This document shows, one piece after another, positions 32,418 to 41,459 of a DNA stretch of 64,000 bases. A program made the translations under genes and the position numbers. Origin of the DNA: Pseudomonadota bacterium (GTDB lineage Bacteria > Pseudomonadota > Gammaproteobacteria > Steroidobacterales > GCA-2729495); assembly GCA_963205295.1 (NCBI GenBank), contig CAUJIY010000042.1:679-64678 (forward strand). The letters are read 5' to 3'. The notes beneath the pieces were generated by a model. That model was not told the origin of the DNA. It saw nothing but the letters and a program-made list of their open reading frames with translations, and made no database searches. Numbering within the stretch: the first letter of the stretch is position 1; each line of letters starts with the position of its first letter.

Positions 32418-33029
32418 TCAGGCCGACTGCAGGTTCGCGGCGGCGAATTCGTAGTTAGCGAGGCGGTTCAGGAAATTGTCGGTGAAATCCGGGCGCCGGT
32501 TGCGGAAATCGACGTAGTAAGCGTGCTCCCATACATCCAGCACCAGCAGTGGCCTGCCCTCGCCGGTAGCCAGGGGTGTGCCGGCATTCGGCGTCTTCGT
32601 GACCTCGAGCCTGCCGTTCTTCGCGAGGATCAGCCACGCCCAGCCCGAGCCGAACTGCCCGAGGGCCGCGGCCTTGAACTGCGCCTTGAATTCGTCCACG
32701 CCGCCGAAGTCGGCGTCGAGTTTCCTGGCCAGCGCCGCCGGTACGATCCCACCCTGCTCCGCCGCCAGCGATTGCCAGAAGAAGCTGTGATTCCAGTGCT
32801 GCCCCGCATTGTTGAAGACCGGTGCGAGATCGGGCCTGCCATGGGACAGGGTGATCAACTGCTCGAGGGCCTTGCCCTGCAATGCCTCGTTCTTTTCCAC
32901 GAGCGCATTCAGGGCACTGACATACGCCTGGTGATGCTTCCCGTGATGCAGCTCCAGGGTCTCCTGACACATGCCGCGCCCGGCAAGGGCGCCGTAGGAA
33001 TAAGGGAGAGCAGGCAATAAAAAGCTCAT
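32418..33029 (-). CDS. sodB: Fe/Mn superoxide dismutase
   Basis: 203 aa from the internal Met (MSFLLPALPYSYGAL...) with HHGKHH and DVWEHAYY motifs. The long upstream extension in the ORF track is non-coding-like. Confidence 0.93.
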   Translation of the reverse strand: MSFLLPALPYSYGALAGRGMCQETLELHHGKHHQAYVSALNALVEKNEALQGKALEQLITLSHGRPDLAPVFNNAGQHWNHSFFWQSLAAEQGGIVPAALARKLDADFGGVDEFKAQFKAAALGQFGSGWAWLILAKNGRLEVTKTPNAGTPLATGEGRPLLVLDVWEHAYYVDFRNRRPDFTDNFLNRLANYEFAAANLQSA

Positions 33030-33169
33030 GGTTGGCTTCCGTGCTGACTGGGTATGACGCCGCCGCGCAGCTGCGGGCGGATTGGAACCGGGCCGCGGTG
33101 CGGCCACGGCTGACATCGCCATGGCAACGTAGCAGGCACCGTGGATCACCGCAAGATTCCAGCGCTCGT

Positions 33170-34369
33170 TCAGGATACCGCTCGTGCCTGCTGCGCCGCC
33201 ACCGCAGCAACAGCGAGCAGGCTGAATGCCGCGACCAGCAGATAGACGAGTGCGGGGTGGCCGGTGTCCATCGCCAGGCCGAACACCAGCGGCGCAATCA
33301 TGCCGGCGATGTTGAAGCCGGTGGTGACGAAACCGAATACGGCACCGGCTGCGCCGGGCGGTGTCACCTGCCGCACCAGCAGGTCGCGCGCCGGCATGAT
33401 CGTGCCGGTCACGAGCCCGATCGCACCCATGATGACGATCAGCCCGACGGCGCCAGGATCGCCGCTGACGATCAGGCCGGCGCCTGCGGCGACCGCAAAC
33501 AGGCCGCCGGCGGTGAAGGCCGTGTGACGTTCGATGCGCGCCGCGAGCAGGCCGCCGGCGATGACGCCGAGCGCCGTGCAGCCGAGATAGCCCGTCAGCG
33601 CCGTATTGGCCGTCACCGGCGTGGTCCCGTAGAGCGCACCGCTGGCGACCACGGAATAGTTCTGCAGCCCGGACATGCCGAGCGCCAGCAGCGTGAACGT
33701 GGCGAAGTTGAGCATGATCGGTGCGGACAACAGCAGCCGCCAGCCGGCCGGTGCGGCGTCGTTGTTCGCCGGAGCTGCGACAGCACGCTGACGCAGCGGT
33801 GCAGGCAGCCGGGCCAGGACCATGAGCGCGACCGCGACACCCGGCACCGCAGCACCCAGAAATGCGCCGCGCCAACCCCAGTGACTCTGCATGAGCAGCA
33901 TCGTCACCGGCGCGACTGCCGAACCGAGCATGCCGGCGAAGGTATGAAACGCATAGGCACCGGCGGCGTGTTCTCCCGCCACGTCCTGCGACAGCAGCGC
34001 GTAGTCCGCCGGGTGATAGATTGCATTGGCGACACCGGCGACGGCGAACATCGCAACCAGCAGCCAGAACGAGTCGGTCAGTCCCGCGACGGCGAACGCC
34101 AGCGAACCGAGGAGCAACGCGACGGCCAGCAGCCTGCGCGCACCGATCCGGTCGACGAGGAACCCGGCCGGTGTCTGCAGGATTGCCGACGCGGCGTTGA
34201 AGGCGACGAGCGCCAGGCCGAGCACCGTATAGCTCACGCCGTAGTCCTCGCGCACGAAGGCGAACAGCGGCGGCAGGACCAGAATGAAGAAGTGCGAGAC
34301 GAAATGGGCGGCGCCGATCGTCGCGATGGTGCGGGTATCACGCACGCAGGTCACCCCGCCCACCGGCAT
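33170..34369 (-). CDS. MFS transporter
   Basis: 399 aa, about 12 predicted TM segments, with an MFS loop motif (GFLVDRIGARR). Confidence 0.8.
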   Translation of the reverse strand: MPVGGVTCVRDTRTIATIGAAHFVSHFFILVLPPLFAFVREDYGVSYTVLGLALVAFNAASAILQTPAGFLVDRIGARRLLAVALLLGSLAFAVAGLTDSFWLLVAMFAVAGVANAIYHPADYALLSQDVAGEHAAGAYAFHTFAGMLGSAVAPVTMLLMQSHWGWRGAFLGAAVPGVAVALMVLARLPAPLRQRAVAAPANNDAAPAGWRLLLSAPIMLNFATFTLLALGMSGLQNYSVVASGALYGTTPVTANTALTGYLGCTALGVIAGGLLAARIERHTAFTAGGLFAVAAGAGLIVSGDPGAVGLIVIMGAIGLVTGTIMPARDLLVRQVTPPGAAGAVFGFVTTGFNIAGMIAPLVFGLAMDTGHPALVYLLVAAFSLLAVAAVAAQQARAVS

Positions 34370-34439
34370 GCCGTTGCGCCACCTGCCGGGTGCCCATCAT
34401 TCGCCGCGTCCTTCGACCCGATGCCGCGGCTCGTCGCGG

Positions 34440-34874
34440 CTATGCTCGGCGCTGGCTGGTCTGGCGCGCCAGTTCGTCGAGCTGTTCCCGGCTGGCGCGT
34501 GCCTCGATCCGGCCGAACAGCTCGCGATCTTCCCAGCGGATGTGTTGCTCGAGCAGGATACCGGCGGACCTGCAGAAGCCTGCGTCGGGCGTCCCGCACG
34601 CGAGTTGTCGCCCGGCTGCTGCGGCGGCCTGGCGCAATTGCGCGTGGTCGCCGGTCAATCGGGACCATTCCTCCGCCAGGAGCAGGGGCGGCAGGACGCG
34701 CTCCTCGGCGGCGAAGTGTTGCTCAAGCGTGTCGTGCCATTCGGCGACCAGGGCGCGGATGGCGGCCAGCTGCGCCGGTGGCGCGCCATTACCGGCCCGC
34801 TTCAGGCCGATGGCCACGACGAGCGCGGAATGATGATCACGGGCGAAGGGAATCAGGCTGTCGTGACGGCGCAT
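34440..34874 (-). CDS. hemerythrin-like (HHE cation-binding) domain protein
   Basis: 144 aa from the internal Met (MRRHDSLIPFARDHHSALV...) with spaced His/Glu motifs (EQHFAAEE, EQHIRWEDRELF). Confidence 0.5.
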   Translation of the reverse strand: MRRHDSLIPFARDHHSALVVAIGLKRAGNGAPPAQLAAIRALVAEWHDTLEQHFAAEERVLPPLLLAEEWSRLTGDHAQLRQAAAAAGRQLACGTPDAGFCRSAGILLEQHIRWEDRELFGRIEARASREQLDELARQTSQRRA

Positions 34875-35030
34875 GGGTGGACGGCGTGCCGGGCTGCGGG
34901 GCGTCAGGATACAACGCAATGGATCGGCAAATATGTCGAACCCGGCGCGGCTACAAACGACGAACGGAGACACCGACAGTGATCCCGCGACGACCTTCAG
35001 TACTCCGCCATGGATGGCAGAACACTGCCT

Positions 35031-35173
35031 GGGTTCTCACCGGGCTGTGGGAAAGCTCACCGACGGGGATTGATTCGTGCCCGGGTACGGGCACTCACCC
35101 CTCCGGGGTCGCTGCGCGGTCCAAATTTGCTCTGCAAATTTGTCGAACCGAGGGGTTCTCACCGGGCTGTGGG
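35031..35173. repeat. two perfect 21-nt direct repeats (GGGTTCTCACCGGGCTGTGGG) 122 nt apart
   Basis: Copies at 35031-35051 and 35153-35173, read directly from the sequence in the non-coding stretch 3' of tRNA-Glu. Confidence 0.7.
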
Positions 35174-35213
35174 GACGCCAAACCATGGTGGGCGGGATTC
35201 GCCCCCCATGGGT

Positions 35214-35289
35214 TGGCGTCCCCACGGGGATTCGAACCCCGGTTACCGCCGTGAAAGGGCGATGTCCTAGGCCTCTAGACGATGGGGAC
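35214..35289 (-). tRNA. tRNA-Glu (anticodon UUC)
   Basis: Minus strand reads GTCCCCATCGTCTAGAGGCCTAGGACATCGCCCTTTCACGGCGGTAACCGGGGTTCGAATCCCCGTGGGGACGCCA. It forms a full cloverleaf, closely resembles E. coli tRNA-Glu and encodes the CCA end. Confidence 0.93.
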
Positions 35290-35315
35290 GCGGTTCAGGG
35301 CTGGGCGTGGGTGGC

Positions 35316-35391
<76 letters not shown>

Positions 35392-35454
35392 ACGCGGGAG
35401 CGGACTCTACGCAAGGGCCCGGGCAGTGTCAAGAAAACGACGCGGCACGGGCAC

Positions 35455-36861
35455 TTACGCGGGTTGTGCGGCGATGTAGTCGAGCGCGCGGGCCAGGCGC
35501 GCCGCGGTACGTTCGCGGCCGACGAGCTCGAGCGTGACGTCGATCGGCGGGGAGACAGTGCCACCGGTGACGGCGACGCGCAGCGGCTGGCCGATCTTGC
35601 CGAAGCCGAGGCCGCTCTCGGCGGCGACGGCGGTGACGGCGTCGTGGATGTCCTGCCGGCGCCAGTCGCCGAGCACGACGAGGCGCTCGCGGGCGCGCGC
35701 GAGCGGGCCGGCGATGGCCGCCTTGAGGTGCTGGCGTGCGGCCTTCTCGTCGAGCGGCACGGGCTCGACGAACAGATAGCCGCTCGCCTGCACGATGTCC
35801 TCGAGCGTCACGGCGCGTTCGCGGTAGGCGTCGACGACGGCGGCGAGCGGCGGGCCTTGCCGGGCATCGACTCCGCGCCGGGCCATGTGCGTGGCGAGTT
35901 CCCCGGCGAGATAGCCGCGCTCGCCACGCTGGATGTACTGCTGGTTCAGCCAGGCGAGTTTTTCCGGGTTGAAGCGCGCAGCCGCGGCGTTGACGCTGGC
36001 GACGTCGAACAGCCGGATCATCTCCGCGCGCGTGAACAGCTCCTGGTCACCGTGCGCCCAGCCGAGCCGCACGAGGTAGTTGAGCAGTGCGGCGGGCAGG
36101 TAGCCCTGCTCGCGGTACTCGAGCACGTTGACGGCGCCGTGGCGCTTGGACAGCCGTGCACCGTCGGCACCGAGGATCATCGGCAGGTGCGCATACACCG
36201 GCACCGGCATACCGAGCGCCTGCAGGATGTGGATCTGGCGCGGGGTGTTGGTGAGATGGTCGTCGCCGCGGATGACATGCGTGATGCCCATGTCGGCATC
36301 GTCGACGACCACGCCGAAGTGGAAGGTGGGCACACCGTCGGAGCGCACCAGGATCAGGTCGTCGAGGCCCGCGTTGTCGAACGGCACGTCGCCGTGCACG
36401 AGGTCGTGGACCGTGATCGAGCCGGTGCCGGGACTGCGCAGGCGCACCACGGGACTGACGCCGGGCACAGGCGCGCGCCGGTCGCGGCAGCGGCCGTCGT
36501 AGCGCGGGTTCTCGCCGCGCGCCACCTGCGCGGCGCGCATGGCCTCGACCTCCTCGCGCGAGCAGTAGCAGCGGTAGGCCGTACCCGCACGCAGCATCGA
36601 TTCGGCGATCTCGGCGTAGCGGGCGAAACGCTCGGTCTGCCGTACCGGACCCTCGTCCCAGTCGAGGCCAACCCACTCCATCCCGGTGAGGATCGCCTGG
36701 ATCGATTCCTCCGTGGAGCGCTCGCGGTCGGTGTCCTCGATGCGCAGCACGAAGCGCCCGCCGTGGTGGCGCGCATAGAGCCACGAGAACAGCGCGGTGC
36801 GCACGCCGCCGATGTGCAGGTAGCCGGTGGGGCTCGGGGCGAAGCGGGTCTTGACCGTCAT
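35455..36861 (-). CDS. gltX: glutamate--tRNA ligase
   Basis: 468 aa from the internal Met (MTVKTRFAPSPTGYLHIGGVRTALF...) with HIGG and KLSKR (ARLSKRHG) class I motifs. It is followed by tRNA-Ala and tRNA-Glu on the same strand. Confidence 0.95.
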   Translation of the reverse strand: MTVKTRFAPSPTGYLHIGGVRTALFSWLYARHHGGRFVLRIEDTDRERSTEESIQAILTGMEWVGLDWDEGPVRQTERFARYAEIAESMLRAGTAYRCYCSREEVEAMRAAQVARGENPRYDGRCRDRRAPVPGVSPVVRLRSPGTGSITVHDLVHGDVPFDNAGLDDLILVRSDGVPTFHFGVVVDDADMGITHVIRGDDHLTNTPRQIHILQALGMPVPVYAHLPMILGADGARLSKRHGAVNVLEYREQGYLPAALLNYLVRLGWAHGDQELFTRAEMIRLFDVASVNAAAARFNPEKLAWLNQQYIQRGERGYLAGELATHMARRGVDARQGPPLAAVVDAYRERAVTLEDIVQASGYLFVEPVPLDEKAARQHLKAAIAGPLARARERLVVLGDWRRQDIHDAVTAVAAESGLGFGKIGQPLRVAVTGGTVSPPIDVTLELVGRERTAARLARALDYIAAQPA

Positions 36862-36960
36862 GGGCGCGGGAAGATGCTCGGAAAGGATGGCGATTCTACT
36901 GGGGACGGCGCGAGAATGCCCGGTGCCGGCCCCAGGACCTGCTGCCAGCCGACACCGCCG

Positions 36961-37638
36961 ATGACCGCTTCCTTCCCGATCGATGCGCCCCTGCCAGCCA
37001 TCCTGTTCCCTGCGGAGGTGGCGAGCTGGCTGTCCTGGCGCCTGCCGCCCGAAGCGACGCTCGTCGCGACGGAGTCGGCGGCGGCTGCGGCCTTCGCGCC
37101 GGGACGCCGTGCCGAATTCACCCACGGCCGCGCCTGCGCGCGCCAGGCGCTGCACCAACTTGGCCTGGAAGCGGTGGGGATTCCCGTCGGCACCTCCCGT
37201 GAGCCACTGTGGCCGACCGGCATCGTCGGCAGCATCTCGCATGCCGGAACCGCAGCGGCTGCGGCTGTGGCGCGCGCCGGCAGCACCATCGTCAATCTCG
37301 GCCTCGACCTGGAACCCGACGAACCGCTCGATGCAGAACTCGTGGCGCAGGTCTGCCGGCCCGCCGAGATCGCCCGCCTGGCGATGTCAGACGCCGATCC
37401 GGCACGTGCCGCACGCCACGTGTTCGTCATGAAGGAGGCGGTCTACAAGGCGCTCTGGCCGGTACAGCGCAGGTTCCTCGAGTTCACCGACGTCGAGGTG
37501 CACAGCGGCAGCAGACCGGGAACATTCGGCGTCACGATCCACGATGGTCGCTGCCCGGCAGATCTGGCAGCGCGGCTCCAGGGGCGCTTCGCCCCCATCG
37601 GGACGATGTTCGTCGCGGGCGTCGTGCTGGGGAAGTGA
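36961..37638 (+). CDS. 4'-phosphopantetheinyl transferase (Sfp/EntD type)
   Basis: 225 aa from the ATG at 36961, with PPTase motifs GSISHAG, GLDLEP and FVMKEAVYKALW. Confidence 0.78.
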   Translation: MTASFPIDAPLPAILFPAEVASWLSWRLPPEATLVATESAAAAAFAPGRRAEFTHGRACARQALHQLGLEAVGIPVGTSREPLWPTGIVGSISHAGTAAAAAVARAGSTIVNLGLDLEPDEPLDAELVAQVCRPAEIARLAMSDADPARAARHVFVMKEAVYKALWPVQRRFLEFTDVEVHSGSRPGTFGVTIHDGRCPADLAARLQGRFAPIGTMFVAGVVLGK

Positions 37639-37697
37639 GCCGGCACGCGCAGGGTCCACGACACACCCCTGACCCAGGGTGGCGGCTGAAGCGGCTC

Positions 37698-39011
37698 CTA
37701 CGGCGACTCGCGGCCTGCCCGGCCGGGAATCATGACCGGAGCAGTTCCTGTCCCGCCAGGCAGCGCCGGGTCCGCCACTGCCGGTCCGACCGGCAGCTGG
37801 CTGCGGGTGACATCGACTCGGCGGCGCGGGATGCCGCTGCGCCGGTCGAAGCCGGAACGGCGCTCGGGTCCGCTGTAGTGCGGGTCACGCTGCTGGCGCC
37901 GGTCGGCGAGCACGCGCCGGTCCGGCCGGGAACCGCGGCGCCGGCAAATCGAGCGGTGAAAGAACCGCATCACGCGCCAGGCATGCATGATCATCCAGAA
38001 GTAGGTCAGGCCGACGACCAGGAACGCCACCGCGACCCAGAAGTCCGGGCAGGCCCAGTGGGTGCTGGCGAGCCCGACGGCGACACCGCCGGCCGCGAGC
38101 AGCGCCATGATCGCCACCGTCTGGTTCACGCTGAACCCCGCCAGCAGGAAAACGTGGTGCAGGTGCTCGCGGTCCGCGGAGAACGGCGAGCGGCCACGCA
38201 CGATGCGCCTGAGCATCATGGCGACCGCATCGATGATCGGCACCATGATGAACCACAGGGCTGCGGCCGGCTTGATCACCCGATCGGGACCCTGCGAAAG
38301 CGAGATGGCGAACCAGGTCAGCGCCAAGCCGAGGAACATGCTGCCGGCATCGCCGAGGAAGATGCTGGCGCGGCTGCGGCCGGGCAGGCGCAGGTTGAAC
38401 AGCAGGAAACCGAGCACGCCACCGCCGAGCACCGTGAGCAGGCTGCCGTCGGTGCCCTGCCCCCACAACGCCACCGCCAGGGCGAACCCGGCGAACGACA
38501 CCAGCGCCATGCTGCCGCTCAGGCCATCGAGCCCGTCGCACATGTTCAGCGCATTGATGACGCCGACGGTGGCGAAGATGGTGAACGGCACGGCGAGCAG
38601 CCCGAGTTCTAGCAGTTCGCCCGACCAGCTCATCGTTCCCAGGTCGTCCAGAACCACGCCGGCGCCGAAGATCATGGCGAGCGCAGCGCCAGCCTCGGCC
38701 AGAAAGCGCGCCGTCGGCGACACTTCGACGAGATCGTCGACCAGGCCGACCCCGGTCAACAACAGGCTTGCGCCGAGGAAGCTCGCCACGCCGGGGCCGG
38801 CCACCGACAACCCGGTCAGCCGCGGCAAGAAGCAGGCAGCCGCGACGGCGGCGAAAATCGCCAGGCCGCCGACCAGCGGAATCGGACCCTGGTGGGTCTT
38901 GCGGACATCGGGCACGTCGACCAGGCCGATGCTCACGGCAACCGGCCGCAGGATCATGATCAGCCCTGCGGTGGCAAGACACGTCAGCAGTGTGGCCACC
39001 AGGCCGGTCAT
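37698..39011 (-). CDS. undecaprenyl-phosphate HexNAc-1-phosphate transferase (WecA/MraY glycosyltransferase family 4) with an Arg-rich C-terminal tail
   Basis: 437 aa, polytopic, with MraY/WecA motifs (VDVPDVRKTHQGPIPLVGG, NMCDGLDGL, HLHH). The last ~95 aa are hydrophilic and Arg-rich. Confidence 0.84.
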   Translation of the reverse strand: MTGLVATLLTCLATAGLIMILRPVAVSIGLVDVPDVRKTHQGPIPLVGGLAIFAAVAAACFLPRLTGLSVAGPGVASFLGASLLLTGVGLVDDLVEVSPTARFLAEAGAALAMIFGAGVVLDDLGTMSWSGELLELGLLAVPFTIFATVGVINALNMCDGLDGLSGSMALVSFAGFALAVALWGQGTDGSLLTVLGGGVLGFLLFNLRLPGRSRASIFLGDAGSMFLGLALTWFAISLSQGPDRVIKPAAALWFIMVPIIDAVAMMLRRIVRGRSPFSADREHLHHVFLLAGFSVNQTVAIMALLAAGGVAVGLASTHWACPDFWVAVAFLVVGLTYFWMIMHAWRVMRFFHRSICRRRGSRPDRRVLADRRQQRDPHYSGPERRSGFDRRSGIPRRRVDVTRSQLPVGPAVADPALPGGTGTAPVMIPGRAGRESP

Positions 39012-39324
39012 CGGGACGTTGGCTTCCCGCGACTCGATCCCGTGTACGGACCAGGTCGCAAATTGCTGTTATCGGGCTGAATTATCAGTTAATAATATGG
39101 CCGATTCTGGGATCCGGCGCACGGCTCGCGCAAGCATCCCGGCCCAGAATATGTCGCACCCGCGCGCCGCCACCCCGTGCCGGCGTACGGGATCACCCCG
39201 GAAACGGGATCGATGATTCGAGCGCCGGCTTAAACGACACTTAAGGATGATGCGGCTCACTGGGGCCGCCGTGAAGAAGCCCGACAGGCCACACGAGCAT
39301 TCGCCGTTACCTGGAGTCTCCCGC

Positions 39325-39915
39325 ATGGTTTGCACACCGAAGTCTGTTCTGACGGTCCGCCTGGCTGCGCTGCTGGCGATGCTGCTCACGGTCGCCTCGA
39401 CGCAGGCCGCCGACCCGGCGCCGGTCAGGGATCCCTACCGCATCAACCCGGGCGATGTCCTGCAGATCTCCGTATGGAAGGAGGAAGACCTCACGCGCGA
39501 GCTGCTGGTCAACCCCGATGGCCACATCGCCTTCCCGCTCGCCGGCGACATGGTCGCCGAAGGCCGCACCGTCGAGCAGCTGCGCGTCGAACTCGTCGGG
39601 AAACTCTCCCGCTTCATTCCCGACGTCGTCGTCACCGTGGCGGCCCTGCAGCTGAACGGGAACAAGGTCTACGTACTCGGCCAGGTCACGCGGCCCGGCG
39701 AATTCGTGATGACCCGCACCGTCGATGTCATGCAGGCCATCAGCACCGCAGGCGGCACGACGCCGTTTGCCAAGCTCGACGAGGTCAGGATCCTGCGTCG
39801 TGGTGATCAGGGCACCCAGATCGCCATCCCGTTCAAGTACAGCGACGTGCAGGAAGGCCGCAAACTCGAGCAGAACATCCTGCTGCGCGCGGGTGACACG
39901 ATCGTGGTGCCGTGA
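39325..39915 (+). CDS. polysaccharide export protein, Wza/EpsE-like (copy 1)
   Basis: Signal peptide then YRINPGDVLQISVWKEEDLT and PDGHIAFPLAGDMVAEGRTVEQL (Poly_export/SLBB pattern). Start placed at Met 39325, preceded by GGAG. Confidence 0.85.
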   Translation: MVCTPKSVLTVRLAALLAMLLTVASTQAADPAPVRDPYRINPGDVLQISVWKEEDLTRELLVNPDGHIAFPLAGDMVAEGRTVEQLRVELVGKLSRFIPDVVVTVAALQLNGNKVYVLGQVTRPGEFVMTRTVDVMQAISTAGGTTPFAKLDEVRILRRGDQGTQIAIPFKYSDVQEGRKLEQNILLRAGDTIVVP

Positions 39916-41231
39916 GGCGCCAACCGCCCATGGCCAGAAGCATCGCGCTGGTGGCCGCCGCTGTCTGGGGGCTCCTGCCGGGCCCGGCTGGCGCGGTGGT
40001 GTGGGAGTACACCCCGAGCCTCGCCGTGGGCGCGCTCTGGGAATCCAATCCGCGCGGTGTATCGGACAGCAGCCTCGAAGACGACGGCTATGCAGGTACG
40101 GTCGACGCACGGCTCGACGTCGTCGGCAGGACCCGCATCGACACCCTCGGTTTCCGCCCGCGGATGACCGCCGCGAGCTACCAGGGTACCGCCCGCGCCA
40201 GCGATCTCGATTACTTCGATTATTTCCTGCCGGTCACCGCCAGGCGCACCGGGCAGCGCACGGAGCTGGGCTTCGACGGCGGTTTCAGCCGCACCTCGAC
40301 CCGCAGTTTTCCGGCTGTCGATCCGAACGATCCGTCCGGCGGCGAGACCTCGCGGCCGCGGGTCGACGAGTACATGGAACGCTGGTGGCTGGCCCCGGAG
40401 CTGAGCTGGCAGCTGCGGGCGCAGGACGTGATCTCGGTGGCCCTGTCGTACGACGACGTGCGGTTCACCGAGGCCGAGCTGTCGCGTCGCACCGACTACG
40501 AGGCTGGCAACATCGACCTGACCTGGACCCGGCTCCTCGCGCCCCAGCACAAGGTGAGCATCACGCTCAACGCCAGCGGCTTCGAGTCGCAACTGCCCGG
40601 CTCAACCATCGAGAACGACTCGCTGAGCTACGGCGGCTACCTCGGCTACGAATTCGCCTGGAGCGAGGCGACGACCATCGGCGGTACGGCCGGCGCCTCG
40701 CGCAGCGAGGTGACGGTCAAGGGGCTGCCGTTCATCATGACGCCGCTCGGCCCCCTGCCCTGCTTCGATCCGGTGCAGAACGTGTTCGTGCTGTGCGAGA
40801 TGGAGACGGATGATCGCAACTTCGTCGGCCAGCTCTATCTGCGCCAGCAGACTGCCGAGACCATCACCACGGAACTCAGCATCAGCCGCTCGATCCAGCC
40901 GAACTCCGATGGCGCTCAGGTGACGGTCGACTCGGCACGGGCCTACCTCTCCAAGCGCCTGACGGCGATGCTCGACGGCTCGATCGGGGTCACCTGGTCC
41001 AGCCAGAAGGCCGTGGGTGCCGACAACGTCGAGGGCAACTTTGGCCGGCGCTTCGATCGCGATTACTGGAGCACGCAGGCGACCCTCGGCTGGCGGCTGA
41101 ACCGCACCTGGACGCTGCGCGCCGAGTATGCGTTCTACCTCGACGAGCGCGACGACGGCTTCCTCCCCTACGATACCGATCGCCACCGCGTCAACCTGTG
41201 GCTGCGCTATACGGGGCTGCCGCGACGTTGA
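39912..41231 (+). CDS. putative outer-membrane beta-barrel protein of the EPS locus (EpsL-like; copy 1)
   Basis: 439 aa with a signal peptide, alternating-hydrophobic strand pattern and an aromatic-rich C-terminal strand (RVNLWLRYTGL). It overlaps the exporter gene by 4 nt. Family assignment is tentative. Confidence 0.55.
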   Translation: MRRQPPMARSIALVAAAVWGLLPGPAGAVVWEYTPSLAVGALWESNPRGVSDSSLEDDGYAGTVDARLDVVGRTRIDTLGFRPRMTAASYQGTARASDLDYFDYFLPVTARRTGQRTELGFDGGFSRTSTRSFPAVDPNDPSGGETSRPRVDEYMERWWLAPELSWQLRAQDVISVALSYDDVRFTEAELSRRTDYEAGNIDLTWTRLLAPQHKVSITLNASGFESQLPGSTIENDSLSYGGYLGYEFAWSEATTIGGTAGASRSEVTVKGLPFIMTPLGPLPCFDPVQNVFVLCEMETDDRNFVGQLYLRQQTAETITTELSISRSIQPNSDGAQVTVDSARAYLSKRLTAMLDGSIGVTWSSQKAVGADNVEGNFGRRFDRDYWSTQATLGWRLNRTWTLRAEYAFYLDERDDGFLPYDTDRHRVNLWLRYTGLPRR

Positions 41232-41266
41232 TTCGCTGCACGACGACAGTCGATGCGGCTGGGTCG

Positions 41267-41341
41267 TGGTGGGCGATGAAGGGATCGAACCTTCGACCTC
41301 TCCCGTGTGAAGGGAGCGCTCTCCCGCTGAGCTAATCGCCC
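41267..41341 (-). tRNA. tRNA-Val (anticodon CAC)
   Basis: Minus strand reads GGGCGATTAGCTCAGCGGGAGAGCGCTCCCTTCACACGGGAGAGGTCGAAGGTTCGATCCCTTCATCGCCCACCA. All four stems pair perfectly, the anticodon loop is UUCACAC and the CCA end is encoded. Confidence 0.9.
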
Positions 41342-41459
41342 GGGTACCGGAGGGGGGTGCACATATTATGCGAACTGCGTGCGCTCCGGAAGCCATCCGA
41401 TGTAATAACATGAGCGCCGGACTCGCCTTGCCCGCCCCGGGACCGGACACGTCACCGCC

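Noticed and set aside
32418-33875. N-terminal extensions offered by the ORF track for sodB (to 33875), gltX (to 37242), dusA (to 25337), the methyltransferase (to 24511), the AsnB gene (to 54291), rpsB (to 11528) and map (from 11553).
   Set aside because: The conserved protein cores begin at internal Met or GTG codons. The extensions are low-complexity, often overlap neighbouring genes, and have no counterpart in the known families.
39115-39131. GG-N10-GC element (CGGCGCACGGCTCGCGC) upstream of the epsE-like gene as a PrsR/sigma-54 promoter.
   Set aside because: The spacing is right, but the flanking consensus positions (TGGCAC ... TTGCW) are mostly mismatched. In GC-rich DNA such matches arise by chance.
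41354-41372. GTGCAC-N5-ATGC upstream of the FHA-ATPase gene, resembling TGGCAC-N5-TTGC.
   Set aside because: The invariant GG of the -24 element is disrupted (GTGCAC), so I do not call it a sigma-54 promoter.
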